From: Chromera velia
Lineage: Eukaryota
Assembly: GCA_018398765.1 (NCBI GenBank)
Contig: JAHBMJ010000445.1
Span: 1-47,973, forward strand
Length of the DNA: 47,973 nt
Direction of reading: 5' to 3'
Under the pieces are notes generated by a model, which saw nothing but the letters and a program-made list of their open reading frames with translations, made no database searches and was not told the DNA's origin. This document shows, piece by piece, positions 1 through 13,430 of this stretch (position 1 is the first letter of the stretch; every line of letters begins with the position of its first letter). The translations under genes were made by a program, and so were the position numbers.

Positions 1-254
<254 letters not shown>

Positions 255-439
255 CCACATATTTTTGTAGGGCCTGTGTTCGCATATGTGTATGCTTTGG
301 TTGCATGTCTCCCCGATCGTGCCCCAAATTGCTGCAAACTGACTCAAAGAAATGCAAACAGAAAAAGACAGAAAGATAGACAGACAAAGTGAAAGGTCAG
401 AAAGGAAGACCAGAAGGGCAAAAAATGCCAAACGACTGA

Positions 440-3400
440 CTGACTCTCTGCTTCACTCTGTCCCTTCTTCCCTGCCTCGCTTGCCAGCAACCGGAGCTTC
501 TGGCGCGTCTCGAGGAGTACCATGTGTCCTGTCGGCAGTGCCGTCTCCAGCCCCCTCCTCGTCACTGCGTCCAATGTCAGCCTCTGAATCTGAACGAAAA
601 GGTCACTTGCTCTCTTCATCAACTCTGCCTGCAGATGCAGAAACAAACACACAGAGAAAGGGGGGGAAAAGAAGGAACCGGGAAAACGAAGAAGAATGAT
701 GGTGTCATTTGTATTCACACGTGCGTGCGCTGATCGAGCTGGTTTCCACCCATTTGCCCCACCTTTTCTTTCCATTTGCCTGTGGCCCTTTTTCGGGGAG
801 AGACTAGTAAGGGTGTGCAAATGTGGAACACAAGAAGAAGAGGGAAGAAACTACTACCTCTGGGGCCGCTTGCACACACGTCTTCTATGCACGCGTGTCG
901 ATGAAAGAAGAGAAAGAGAGACAGAAACAGAGGAAAAGGGAAGCGAAGGGGAGAACGAGAAAGAGAGAGAACAGGAAAGCAGGGTGTCCGAGAGTCGTGG
1001 TCAGTCCTTGCTTTCTTCTTTCTTTTCCTCTAACCTGGTTTGCTTGTGCTTCCTGCCATTTTCGAGTTGTTTCTTTTGTCTTCGCTTCCAACTGGTTCAG
1101 CTCCAGATCCAGCCGATTAAATGGAGAATCTGCTCCAGCGTATTTTTCCGTCAGGGAGGGCACAAGCTTGGCGTGCTCTTTGATAAGCTGGAGGCGGGAG
1201 TTCAGCACGGGAAGGCACTTCTGGCCCCACAAGTTCAGGGCCTCCTGGAATTTGGACTGAAACTGCACGGAGAGAGGGGGGGGTGGGCATTAAAGAGTTG
1301 GGCCCCACATGAAGACACTGAAATGACAAAAAGTGAGCACAAGGAAGGCGGGAAAGGAAGGAAAGAGACATTGCAGGGGAAGTGGACGATTGCAAGCAAA
1401 CAATGAAAGAAGCTCGTCCGTACGACAGACGCACATTGATTGAAGAAGTGAGACCATGCCAGCTGGAAAAGCAAACAGGAATGAGGAGAGGATAAAAGAC
1501 GAGAGGAGAGAACAACAAATTCACGGAGCTTTTGCAACCATCTGACCCATTTGAATTCACTGACCTCTTCTTCCTCTTCAACGGTTCCTTTGGCAAGATC
1601 TCCAAGTTTCGCACGAGCCTCAGCAAAAGCCCGACGGCCAAAATCGGTCTTGAACAGCTCGTGAAAATGTGCAACCCAGCGCTCGTTCAGTTCTTCTGTA
1701 GTTCCCCTAATGGACTCCGCTCCCACGTCAATAAACGGCCGTCTCCCTCCCCCAACCCTGTCGCCGTCCTTTCCACCCAATGAGTTCACTTCCCGAACTG
1801 ACACCTTGGCAACCATCCCCTTCCCCTCCTCCTCGTTGGTGTGTGTGAGGAAAATTGGAGACACGCACCCCCCCTCATTCCAGGGAGGCATCCAAAAAAC
1901 CCCCCCAAGCCGGACTCTGTTGTCAACAGGAGAAAGAAGCAACGCCCCACGCACAGACGCCGCCAGTGCCTGCCCCCCCAATGCGTCCATCTGCCCATCC
2001 TCACCCTCCTCCGTTCCATCCAAAGCGCTCAGCCAGGGAATGGAAATCACCCACGCCCCCTGTCAAAAAGAAGGAAGGAAGGAAGGAAGGAAGGAAGTAA
2101 GGAAGGAAAGAAAGAGGAGAGACACCGAATCAACTACTCATGCGAGATAGGAACCAGCTAGCAGTGTCCCCAGTTCTTGTGACCCCCCAAAAGTATCACA
2201 CAAGCATGCACTCAACGAATGAACCGAATTCGTAGACAGAGGAACAGACCAGGTATTGCAGGAAGACACAAATATACACAGACGGACGGACAGACAAACA
2301 GCCGGACAGACACCCAAGCAGGTAGAAATGGCAGTAAAGCTTCGCGGAGATCCCTTTCCTTCCACTGAAGCAACAACCGCTGCGGCGCCAACCCATCAAG
2401 TTGGCACTGACACAGAAGGTAATTTACTCGAAGCCACACGAACCGTCAATCCATCTGTTCAAGCCCACCAACGAACTGACTGACCTTTGTGCCACACACA
2501 AGGGCTTCCCCAGGTCCCCCTGCAGGCACTGCGGATATTTGGAGGACTCGAGCAGCGCCCCCCGACTCAGCGGGGCTCTCGAGTGCTTCCCCTTCCTCTT
2601 CCCACTCGCAGCTGACTGTCTCCGCCACAAAAGCAGAGGGGGCAGATGAGGAGACTGAGGAAGCAGAGGGAGTTTTCCTCTGAAGAGGAGGTAGGGGGAG
2701 CTCGCCGAGAATCAGAAGAGACACGCGACCGTCACTGCGGGCAAGCCCCAGCACCGGTGCGTTCTCTCCCCCAAGCGAGCTTACCGATACGCATCGACTG
2801 GGTTGCTGAAGGAAAGGCAAACAGAAAAAGAGCGGGAAGGCAAGAGGAACGGGGGAGAATCAATGAAGATTCGCAAGAGAGCAAGCACAAGCCTACATGT
2901 GCAACAGCAAGCAAACGCAAGAGGAAAAGAGGCGAGAGGAGCGGCGAGGAGAGAGAAATTAAATCACATTCATTGCAAACCACAAGAACTCTGGGTACTC
3001 ATCTGGTCCGAGGAAGGAAACCAATGAATTCCGCCTGACCGACCAACGGACCGCAGATTGGGTCTCTGCCATGGCCACCAAGCCCTCTGTCCTTCCCGGC
3101 CGTCTTTCAAACAAATTGGGACCATCGAAGGGGGGCGCGTCGACAGCCACGTCTACCACCGCTGGCATGAATCTCGACTTGTACCTGCACATGCATAGAA
3201 ATACAAGGGAAAAGAAGATGTGCAAATGGAGCTAATGTGGCATTTCAGGTGACTATAAAGAAATGCGCCCACGTCCGTGTGTCAGTGGCTGTGTGTACGT
3301 TTTTTGTTGTGTGTGATTGCAAAGACACTCAAAAGCTCCAGGGCCAAACTGAGATTGACGAAGAAGGGCTAGGTGTGTGACCCTGAAGGGAGTTCTTGTT

Positions 3401-3475
3401 ACGGCAGAGCCCTGACTGTGTGCTTCTCGGAGGTACAAAAAGAAGTGAGTCAACTCACGCACGCGCGCGCACGCA

Positions 3476-3547
<72 letters not shown>

Positions 3548-5116
3548 CACGAAGAGATTGGGAGGAAAGAAAGTAGGGAGCGAGTCGTCTACATGTTATC
3601 TGTATGGTTACGCTCCTTAATAAACAAGAACAACATTCGCATTGACTGCAACAACACAAAATCTTTTGGAACAGTCAGAGATTCCTTTGCCTAGTCAGCC
3701 CTTCAATCCCCCCTCACCCCCCAACCTCAATTGGATTCTCGCTCCGACGCCTTCTGGGCTTGGGACACGGCTCTGCCAATTCTGAGGAGCGAGGAAATTC
3801 TCAAGCCAGGAGAGCGTGTAAGGGTCCGTCTCTTCCTTCTTGCACGCCAGAAATACCCCACGCCCCTTCTCCCTCAACCTCTCTGGAACTGTGCAAGTGT
3901 GAGGCACGACAGGCCACACTGCTTTGACAGTTGCAGACCTCTCGAATGCCAGAAAGATGCAAAAGTTCAACCAGAAATCCTGAGAAGACGGCCCCCCAAA
4001 GGTGAAACTCCTGGGCGAATCCCCCGTCTCATGTTCGATCACAATCTCCAACTCTGCCCTGTTCACAGACTCTGCCACATTGACGAGGAAGAGAAAGCTT
4101 TTGCGACCCTCGTGCCGGCTGGTTGGAGGTGCTGATGCGAGAATGGCGAGATGCTCGGAGGAGAAAGGGTGCCACTGCACAGAGCGCACCTCGAGACCCT
4201 CATGCCGGGCTCTCTCATTGGATTGTGCCCCGAGAGAATTCGTGCCCAGCTCGGTTGGGATCACACGCAGCGCTGGTGCATCGTCTTCTTCGTCACTCGA
4301 GACCTGCACCCCGGGAACATCAGAAAGAGGGAGGAGTTTCCTTCTTCCTTTTTCTAAAAAATCCAGAACGAAGGGAGAGGGTAAGTGCTGGGGGAGAGGG
4401 AGAGAGGGAGTGCAAACTCAGGCAACAGCCAACTGTAAAACGGTGAGACAAAAAGTGACACTGACCGCAGGGAGGTGCAAAACAGCCACGGCCCGCTCGC
4501 TCCACACGCACACATATCGGCTTTGCTGGCAGCACGTCACCCGATTGAAGGGAGTCTCACTTCTGCACAGACAGAGGAAGGTTCCAAGAGAAGACGGAAA
4601 GAGAAGGCGAAAAGATGAGAAGAGGATAGGCAGGATTGAAAGAAAGTAGGGTTCAAGGAGAAAAGTAGCTGAAGGAGTGCGATATTTCAAAATGAAGCCA
4701 ACGGGAGTCAGCGTCAATTTCTTCCTTGAAAGACCCTTCCCAGCATCCTTCCCTCCATTGTTCGCACCCCCTCCAGATCCAATCCGAACTGACTTGAGAA
4801 CATTGAATCCCTCTAAAATTGCGTCTGTCTTTTGGACAGAGCTCACTCCAGATGCCCCAAAACGTATCTGATGGAAGGACAAAAGGGATGAGCCGCCCAG
4901 CCCGGGATGATTTTCCCGCTGCCTTGCTAACACAACCACTTCGACATCCCCCCCCTGAGAGCTGGAGATGACGTCAGCCAGTTCCAGAAGTTTCCACGGT
5001 TGGACCACAGCGGGGAGACGGGAGTCCTCCGGGTTCTCTTCCACGAAGAACGGAAAGCAGCCTACAGGACACTCCTCTTGAATATCGTCGAGCACACTCT
5101 CCAGGTGAGAAGCCAT
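440..5116 (-). CDS. Nucleoporin Nup88/Nup82-like protein, multi-exon; the 3' end probably continues beyond the left edge and exon borders are approximate
   Basis: ATG at 5116 (MASHLESV). Exon ~4466-4564 reads SETPFNRVTCCQQSRYVCVWSERAVAVLHLP. Exon ~3700-4305 reads VRSVQWHPFSSEHLAILAS...SFTFGG...FWLNFCIFL...KAVWPVVP, resembling the Nup88/82 beta-propeller. Exons at ~1030-1265 and ~440-630 are coiled-coil-like (RLDLELNQLEAKTKETTRKWQEAQ). GT-AG introns contain microsatellites. Family assignment is from remembered motifs. Confidence 0.6.
3478..3545. repeat. Compound (AC)n/(AG)n microsatellite, intronic
   Basis: Directly visible. Confidence 0.95.
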
Positions 5117-5671
5117 TTTTACCGCCAAGCTAGCAAGACTTAATTTTTTCTTCCGTCACAAAATCCAAACCCAAATGAAGTGATCAGACACTGGCGACAG
5201 CTACCACAGCGGTACAGACAGCGTGCCTTTCCCGGAAAGCGAGAAAAATACAAAGGCCCTGATGGGCGTCCAGTGAGACCGCACAAACATGGATTTCAGT
5301 CGGTGCCACAGGGGATGTCCAACACCTTGTCGCTACATGTCGCTTCTGAAGATGAACTTGATGAAGAGCAAAAGTCTCCGAGCCGAGAGGAGAACTGCTG
5401 TCAGATAATTTCACATCAGTTTCACACAGCCAAACAGCGCGTTTGGCGCGCGCAATTTTTGTGGTTCATGGCAGCGGGTGCCTAAATGTTCCCGCGCCTG
5501 CATGGTCGCCAGCCGCTAGCCCCCAGCCCGCACCATTCCACAACTCAAAAGCCAACAAGTACCCCACGTATACCTGACTTACATTCCAGCTAAATTCAGC
5601 TAAATTCAGCTTCGTACAGCAAGCAGTGCAGAGCCAGCTGCCAGCGAGGTACTGCTTAGCAGTAGCTACTA

Positions 5672-6053
5672 CCGTATGTTCAATAATTCACCACAAAATT
5701 TCAAAAGATATAACTTTGTAACGATGAAAAGTTAGAAACTGAAACTTTTTGTGTGTAAACTCCCACTGATATACAACTAATCCTTGAAAAATATATGTAT
5801 TAACACAGCAGAGTCATAAGCAATCTTTTTTAATGCTTTATGAAAAACTTAGATTTTTTGTGTGGAAGTCCAATTTTATATTTTTTTTTTTGATTATCTA
5901 AAGATGTGAAGCGCTCTAGAGAGCAAAAGTACAAATTCCACCCCCCGGCTGTATGTTTCTTAATGTTTCTTTGCACGGCTGTTTTAGAGTATTCTTCCTG
6001 AACATGTGAGATTTTTTTAAAATTTTTTTAAACTCTATTTATTGAACACACGG
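5672..6053 (+). mobile_element. MITE copy A, Tc1/mariner/pogo-like, 382 bp
   Basis: 15-bp TIRs CCGTATGTTCAATAA / TTATTGAACACACGG (1 mismatch); preceded by TA and followed by AA; near-identical to 13056-13430. Confidence 0.9.
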
Positions 6054-6199
6054 AATGCACACTCGTAAAAAAATTAAAATAAAATGTTTTAACGTACATT
6101 CAGAGTTTCTTTCTTATAAATAAAGGCAAACTACTCTTAGTTTTTATATATTATTAGAAAATTTTTTTGAAAGTTCGATTTCATGCTTACTCAGAGCTA

Positions 6200-9100
6200 T
6201 ACCGGCGCCTGCGAGGTAGTCGCCTGCTTGCTAACAATGCCCCCAGGGACCCCCGAAGCACTCACCCAACTTGTTGGGTGTATCCCGTATGATTATATTG
6301 AGCTCACCGCCCAGTTTTAGGGGCGATGGCATAGGTTCAATCCCTAGAAGCGTAAACCTAAGGCAAAGCCTGCGTTCAATTCCTAGGTCAAGGAACCACG
6401 GCCACGACCCCCAGTGAAGACCAACGGCTGGAGGACACGAACGACGATCGGAGTAGACAAAAAAGAGGCTCAAGACTTGCAAAATAGCCTGCCAGCGGCG
6501 AGACATTCCGAGCTCAAATCAGAATACCAAGAAAGATCGACTTCAACCTCGGAGCACAAAGACAAAAAACAGAACCCGAACCTTACTGGCTGCATGGAGC
6601 ATAGAAAAAAAAACATGAAGAAATGTGGGTGAAAGTTTGAGAGCAACAGTATAAGCAAGAAGAATGCAACAAACCAGCAAACAGATACATGGTAGTACAC
6701 TTTCCCGCAGCACTGTAAGAGCTCTCCCCCAAGGAGAATTAATCAGGGAAACAAAGACGTGATGCTGAGCACGAGACATGCCCACAGAATGTCTGATACC
6801 TATACAACTGTCGACAATTGCTCACAGAAAAGAGAAGAAACAAAGAGCGAACACGCAAGCATCCATGCACATTCATGCATCAAAAAACAAGTTTAAACAA
6901 ATCACATAGCAATCTCAGAATCCTCCTAAACAAAACGGTCCCTCTCATGCGCCAACTGCATCGAGAACTCACGTCCTAAAAGGGAGGCTGGCTGGAAAGG
7001 ACCCCGCTGACCCCTACCATGAAAGGCAGAAGTCAGCACGTTGATAGCCACGTACCGCTGCAGCATACAACCGAGGACCTTCCAATACCGGTCTGTGAGA
7101 CGCGCTGGACCGCCCTCATCTCCCCCTCCGTGGAAAAACCCGCTTTTGAACCCGCAATCCCGACCAGCTCCTTCACAAAAGAGACCGTCTCTCTATCTGG
7201 TCGTCCAAAGGTCTCGAAGACCAGCGGAATGAATCGCAGGCCCACCGAACGAGCCGCGACAACATATTTCCTCTGCTTCTCCTCACTCTTCGTCTTGGCG
7301 GCTGCCCCTGCTGTTTTCGATCGGGTACGTAAGCGGGCAGCGTCAGACGAGATGGGAAAAGTGATGGAAACATCCGCTAGGATGGTGTCACTATTTGAAA
7401 GGGAGGCAAAGATGTCTGCCCGTTTGTTCCTCTGATCAGCGAGATGGGAATCGGTAGCGACCCCCAAGTGACCCAGGGTCGTTTCTTCCAGTACGTGAGT
7501 ATGGCGGAGCCTACGCAGAATCTGTGTAAACGCCCGTTTTACCTGCTCATGGCGCCAGTGCACGCCCTCTCCGTTTGGACACTTCTGTGTGTGGTGCCCT
7601 CTGGGGTTGAGAGGAGACCCGCACACACATACCCCTGCCCTGCGCATCTCCGGGATGCCCAGGCCGAGGCGAATGCGGATCGCTACCCGATAAACTACGG
7701 GAGGGAAGCGCAGCCAACCAGATGAGGGAATGGCACTCAGCCTCGCCGAAGCCCCGTTGCCGGAGCATGAATGCAGGCGGACCTGCTCAGAGAGCTGCAC
7801 CTTCGAAAAAAGATACACTCTGCACGATCGGTGAATGGCGTCGGTAATTTTCTGCTGTTCTTGGCCGGATGACGCTCTCCACCAAACGTCAAACATAGAA
7901 TTCCACCCGTGTCTTAACGGATAGTTTGCCTTGAGCTTCACCGATTCCACCGCTGCCTCTGCCCTCTTAAACTCGCGCTTGGATGCCTGTAGCCAGGGAA
8001 GAGCCGAAAAGGCTTCCCTTTCTGGTGCCTGGCCCTGACCAAGGAAAGCCTGGTCTGTCAGTCGCTGAACCACGTCAGACAACGTAACTCCGCAACTCCC
8101 CAACAAACCTGCTGTCGCGGTTGTGCGAAAACAAGTAAGACCCAGACCCCCTTGATACTGAGGAAGGTAGGCTTGATTTTGCACTTCTCCCTGCCCCCAC
8201 TCCTGCTCTGACAAACCCATGATGCGTGCCCACGACTCGCCTAACTTCTTATCAGCACACGACCACTCGTCCGACGTGATGACGTCTCCCATGACTCTCG
8301 TGAGGTAAATCAGCTTTGGAAGAACGCAGAAACGCATCAGGAGGTGAGCCCCCTGCGGGTCCCCATACTCTTCGACTGCCTCACTGAGCTCCCGCGCCTC
8401 TCTCAGTTTTTTATCGAAGTGTTCACTCTGATACTGCACCGTCCCACTTGCCGCACCACAAAGACGGAAACCTGTGAGAGAGGAAGAGATTCCGGGGGGA
8501 GAAGGGTAGGCTGCCGGGCAGTTTGCCATGGGCTGCCATGAGGGAGAATGAATGGAGCTCTTGTCCAGCCATAGCGTCAGCCTGAAGCTGTGCAACCTAG
8601 CCGTACTCACCCTCCATGCATGCAGGATGCTGTCGTCATGTCCATCTGCAGGAATCTAGGACAGGGGGCGGAGAGGGAAAACCATGGAGACATCGTCCAT
8701 GAAAGCACCGACAAAGCACCCCTTTCCTCTATGCTTAGCCTGCAGATCCCCCAACACACCATCGAGGGAAGGCTTCAGCCTGAGACAGAATAAAAGGGGC
8801 CCTGCTACATCCCCCTGCTGTACACCTTCTTCGCACTTGATCTTTCGCAAGAAACCTGTCTGATCCTTGAACACCAGATCGGAAGGGGTTCCGTACCATA
8901 GCGCAAAGAATGTATACAGATGGGGAAAATGTGCATGGAGCTCGTCCATGACTACCTGACGATCGCAAGCATTGAAGGCATTGGATGCATCTAAATTGAG
9001 GACAGCAGATGAAGGAGAACGCTGCAAGCACGTTTGCACATACCGAAACAACTTTTCCGTACCTGCTCTAGTGCGCACAGCAAACTGCAGGGGGCCAAGG

Positions 9101-12100
9101 TGCCTCTCGAACTGAGGACCGAACTCCAAGAGGATCGCTCTCGTAACCCACCTTCGTAGAACATCCCCCACTACAATCGGTCTCACCTCCGTTCCCCGTG
9201 CGTTCTTCTTCAAAGCAAAGCACCTTCCCCCTGCCAGCAGTGATATAAAACCCACCGGGGCATCATCTCTTGTCAAACACGTGGCAATGCACAGAATCCG
9301 CGCCTGTGCTAAGCCATCTCTGGGGAGGAAAAAGCCTAGGTGCTCATACCGCCACCCTGTAACCCCCTGTGCCGAGCTTTTCGGTGCTGACCTAATGGCC
9401 TCCAGGAGGTTTTTCTGTGACAGTGACGGGAAAGCAGAAGAAGTGGGCTCCGAGGACTGCGAGTCCCCCTGTCTAGCGTCCTGGGAAGGGCCTCTCAAAA
9501 GAAGTGGATGCGCTCTCCGGGGGAACATACCTGTTGTCTTTCTGAAGGTAGTGGCAGTCGCAGGAGCCACCCCGAACGACTGCAGCCGAGAGGCTGCCTT
9601 TGAGAGCGCCCCCTCCTCGATCAACCCCTGCACCTGTCTCCACTTAGAGGCCAGGTCGTCTTCTGTGCGCTGCTGCATCGACCGACGCCCTCTTCTCTCC
9701 TGCCCCTTCTTCTGTTTCTCCCTCATTCTTACTACATCTTCGCGCAGAGATCGGACTAGCGTCTCAAAGTCCCCCTCCCAAAAAGCGTTGATTCGCCGCC
9801 GGCGTGCAGACAAGGAAGCGTGCCCTCCTCGTCAGTCCTTGCAGAAGAAGATGGAAGGGAAGTATGCTAGGGCTTTCCACGCTCTCTCTGCTTTGATGGC
9901 GTCCTCGTCCCCCAGACGATCGACGATCTCTTCGATGACGGCAGCCAGGGCAGGGCGTAGCCTGGGATCAATATGTCTGTCTGTGAGAATGTCCAGGTCG
10001 TCCCAGGCTTCTACTGTCCAGTCCACCGAGTCCCAAAACACCCACTTCCCTTCCCACCCCGCCGCTCGTTCCGAGGCGTCTTCCCTGTCCTCCGGATCTC
10101 CATCGCTACCTACGTTACTGCGATCGTCCTGTGCCCTCTGTGCATTCGCGGCTACAGGAAGGGGGTAAGCATATCTGACCCCAGCCGCCCCTGCAGCTGC
10201 TCCTCCCTGGCCGTCCATCCGTTCGTCCCCGTCTCCCTGGACCTGGTTAGAAGGCGGGGGGTTTTGGGGCTGTCCTCCATGGCCGCTGTCATCTCCACAC
10301 CCGCTTCCCATACCCTGGTCTTCTGAGGGCGGCACCCCCACGCTGCCTACCTCCTCCGGGTCGGAATCTGTTTCTGGAGGCGCACGCGCCGCCTCAGCAT
10401 CTTGTGAATCCTCCTGACGGAATCTGCCACCTGAGGAAAAGTCCCCCCTGGGGACCGATGCTGCTGTTTGCCGCTCTCCCCCATCCTCACCTGCGCGCTG
10501 CCGGGCTTGGAGAGACGCTTCCACCGCCGACTGCTGCTGGGGGGGAGGTAGGAAACGGGATACGACTGACGCTGTGTGCCCCGGAATCACTGACGGTGCG
10601 GCAGACGCTGCCGCTGCTGCCGCTGCTGCTGCCGGGACTGACGCCGGGGCCGCTAGGACTAGCATTTGCATCGGATTCGGTACGATCTGTACCGGCCTGA
10701 AGACAGGCCGGGTGGACGAAGATGCGGAACTGCTAGATGAAGACGCACTGGCTGAAGCAGAGGCTGAGCTTGTCGTCTGTAGCTGCTGGGAGACGGCGTC
10801 CGAGCTGCCTCGCAGCAGTCGGTGGTTCGGGGGCAACGGTGCGTTCGGTATGCGTCTCTTCTCCCTGATCGTCTGCCCCCCCCCCCCCNNNNNNNNNNNC
10901 CCCCCGACTGGCCTGAAGAGCGTGCCTCCCTGGTTGGTGGCACTGTCACTGCCATGACGGGGTTTGACCATCTCTCCATCGGGTGCGGGTGACGTATAAA
11001 GCGGGAGCTCGGATCTATACTAGAAGGAGCGATAGGGGGCCTAGTCCGAGGCGACTGCTCTTCTGGTTCCCCCATCAAATCGGGCTGTGTCCAATCTTCT
11101 TCCGCCTCCCTTTCTCCATCCCTTCGCAAATGCTCTTCGCTATCTCTACCTCCTTATAGTGCTGGTATGTTTCCTTCGAGGAAGTGCACGGCCACGTTGA
11201 TATCCCCTCCGAATCCTCCCATCCGGGCTAGCAGGTGCCGTGCCTCGAGATCGGGAGGGGGAGGCTGACGGCCCTAGAGGCCTGCTTGCTGCACCTGAGA
11301 GAGAAAGAGGGAAAGGAAAACAAAGGCTGTGAGAAAACGCCCTGGCCCCCCCCGACGCTGGTGGATGACCCTCTTTATCGTACGCATTTGCTGGGGGTGA
11401 ACCTCAGGAGCAGCCGTCGCCGTCTGCTCGGCGTCCCCCCCCCCCTGGGCCTCCAAGCAGGCAGTCGTTCCACCATTGTAGGGACAGGCCCCGCCCGCCA
11501 TTTGTCTTCCCCACCTGGGACGCCGGACCCTTTCCTGCTTCCAACCCCTTTCTTTCTTGTGAGGGTCGCTGGCCGGGGCACCAGGATAGGCGCCCGCAGT
11601 GCTGGAAATGGTCTTAAAAACTGGAGTGCCCGTAGATGTCACTCCCTTGAGGATCTGTTTGTGAGGGATTGCTTCCTCATATGAGACCGTTCTGCCTGCA
11701 CACACACGGCCAAGGCCGAGAAAGGGGGAGGAAGGTATAGTATCCGAACCGGGGGGCACTGCTCTGTTTACACAGACAGCGAGTGCTATACAAAGAAACA
11801 AGACAAACATGCCACCGCAACAGATTGACCTGATCTTTCTGAGAAAGTCCCTGATGTGTGTTGTTCGTGTTGCCCGCCCTGTACCGGCTCTGCCCCGGGA
11901 TCGCGTCGCTTCCATGGAGATCCACCCTGCTTTCCAGATGAACGTAAGGGCTGCGTAGGCAATGGTCCCCGTGACCACTCCCGTTTGAGCCAGCTGGGAG
12001 ACAAGGATGGCCAGAAGCATTGTCAAGGCGGTGAGGGTGTGGAGGATCCCGTATACCATGATAAGAGAACCGATGAGAGCCGTGTGCACGATGCGATGGA

Positions 12101-12400
12101 AGCAAGCACTTGCTAGCATGACGGCCGCGACCACAGCAACGATGTGGTCTGCATTGCTTCTTTCTTGGCAGCAGGCAGCGATAAGGAAAGCGTATGCGAT
12201 AGCGAGGGAGCCCGCCTGTTCCAGAGAGGGAAACAACGAATGCGCGGATACCCGATTAGAGACGGAATAAAGGTCAGTCAGTCTACCTGCCTGTGTGGAC
12301 TGAGCTGTCAGTGGAGAGGAAAGACGGACGGAGCCTTCACCAGGGCGTTTCTGACGCCTCAGCATCGTTGTGGCTGGCACTGGCGATTCGGCGAGTCAGG
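6200..12400 (-). mobile_element. CRE-like non-LTR retrotransposon (RT plus C-terminal restriction-like endonuclease), inactivated; outer limits approximate
   Basis: RT motifs at 8656-9813: SAQGVTGWRYEHL, VRPIVVGDVLRRW, LDASNAFN, GVQQGDVAGPLLF, AFMDDV. Downstream at 7033-8610: LPQYQGGLGL, Zn motif CVC..HHTQKC..RHEQV, RLE motifs RADI..DVSIT..KQRKY..FIPLVFETFG. Confidence 0.9.
6926..12365 (-). pseudogene. Reconstructed single ORF of the CRE-like element (~1,800 codons): TM-rich N-terminus, UBA-like motif, low-complexity linker, RT, Zn finger, RLE
   Basis: ORF-track pieces 11274-12380 and 10659-11129 share one frame (stops TAG 11274, TAA 11154). Pieces 9832-10971, 8656-9813 and 7033-8610 share one frame (stops TGA 9832, TAG 8656). 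The frame change between the two groups falls in the poly-C/N gap at 10876-10906. A 1-nt shift near 7105 restores RLTDRYWKVLGCMLQR, ending at TAG 6926. Confidence 0.7.
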
Positions 12401-12596
12401 CGATGACAGGCAATGACAGGCAATGACAGGCAATGACAGGCAATGACAGGCAATGACAGGCAATGACAGGCAATGACAGGCAATGACAGACAATGACAGA
12501 CAATGACAGACAATGACAGGCAATGACAGGCAATGACAGGCAATGACAGGCAATGACAGGCAATGACAGGCAATGACAGGCAATGACAGGCAATGA
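12401..12596. repeat. 10-bp tandem array (CAATGACAGG) x ~19.5 at the 5' end of the CRE-like element
   Basis: Directly visible; three adjacent CAATGACAGA variant units at 12481-12510. Confidence 0.98.
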
Positions 12597-13055
12597 AAAG
12601 AGTGCTGGGGCACTTTTTTTAAAAAAATTGTGTTTTTAATTAAAATAACTAAAATTATATACTGATCAGCATACATACCTGGATCAAATTCTTTTAAGAT
12701 ATTAGATCGCACTAAAGCCTTTAAAAGAAAGAAAAGTATCGTAGTGTGAAAAGATATAATTGTTGTATAACATGAAGTTGTTTACAATCTGTTTGCAAGT
12801 CTGTGTTCATATGAAGTTTACTCACTAAGGTGACGGTACGCTAATACCTCTACCACCCGCTTTGCCCTTCCCTGGACCGCCCTACAGATAGACCTAATAT
12901 AACTCTCTCGGAGGGACTGGATCAGATGAATGATGCGATTTTGATACTGCAGGGTGCTCTTCTGCAGGCTAGCAGCATGCATGCATGCAAGTTTTGACCG
13001 GCGCGTGGCCTCGTCTTGTCCCAGCGTGCGCTGAGGCCCGCCGCGGCCCAGTATA

Positions 13056-13430
13056 CCGTATGTTCAATAATTTACCGCAAAATTTAAAAAGATATAACTT
13101 TGCAACGATGAAAACTTAGAAACTGAAACTTTTTGTGTGTAAACTCCCACTGATATACAACTAATCCCTGAAAAATATATGTATTAACACAGCGGAGTCA
13201 TAAGCAATCTTTTTTAATGCTTTATGAAAAACTTAGGTTTTTTGAATGGAAGTCCAATTTTACATTTTTTTTTTTTTGATTATCTAAAGATTGTGAAGCG
13301 CTCTAGAGAGCAAAAGTATGAATTCCAACCCCCGGCTGTATGTTTCTTTGCACGGCTGTTTTAGAGCATTCTTCCTGAACATGTAAGATTTTTTTGAAAT
13401 TTTTTCAAACTCTATTTATTGAACACACGG
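13056..13430 (+). mobile_element. MITE copy B, same family as 5672-6053, 375 bp
   Basis: Same TIRs; TA on both sides (TA|CCGT...ACGG|TA). Confidence 0.92.

Noticed and set aside
6325..6390. tRNA gene suggested by GGTTCAATCCC
   Set aside because: No cloverleaf or A-box could be built.
9281..10168. Long plus-strand ORFs opposite TE genes (also 42972-43586 and 44558-45397)
   Set aside because: Antisense shadows of GC-rich coding sequence with no motifs.
12401..12596. Possible CRISPR array or telomeric repeat
   Set aside because: There are no spacers, and the unit is internal and not of the TTAGGG/TTTAGGG type.
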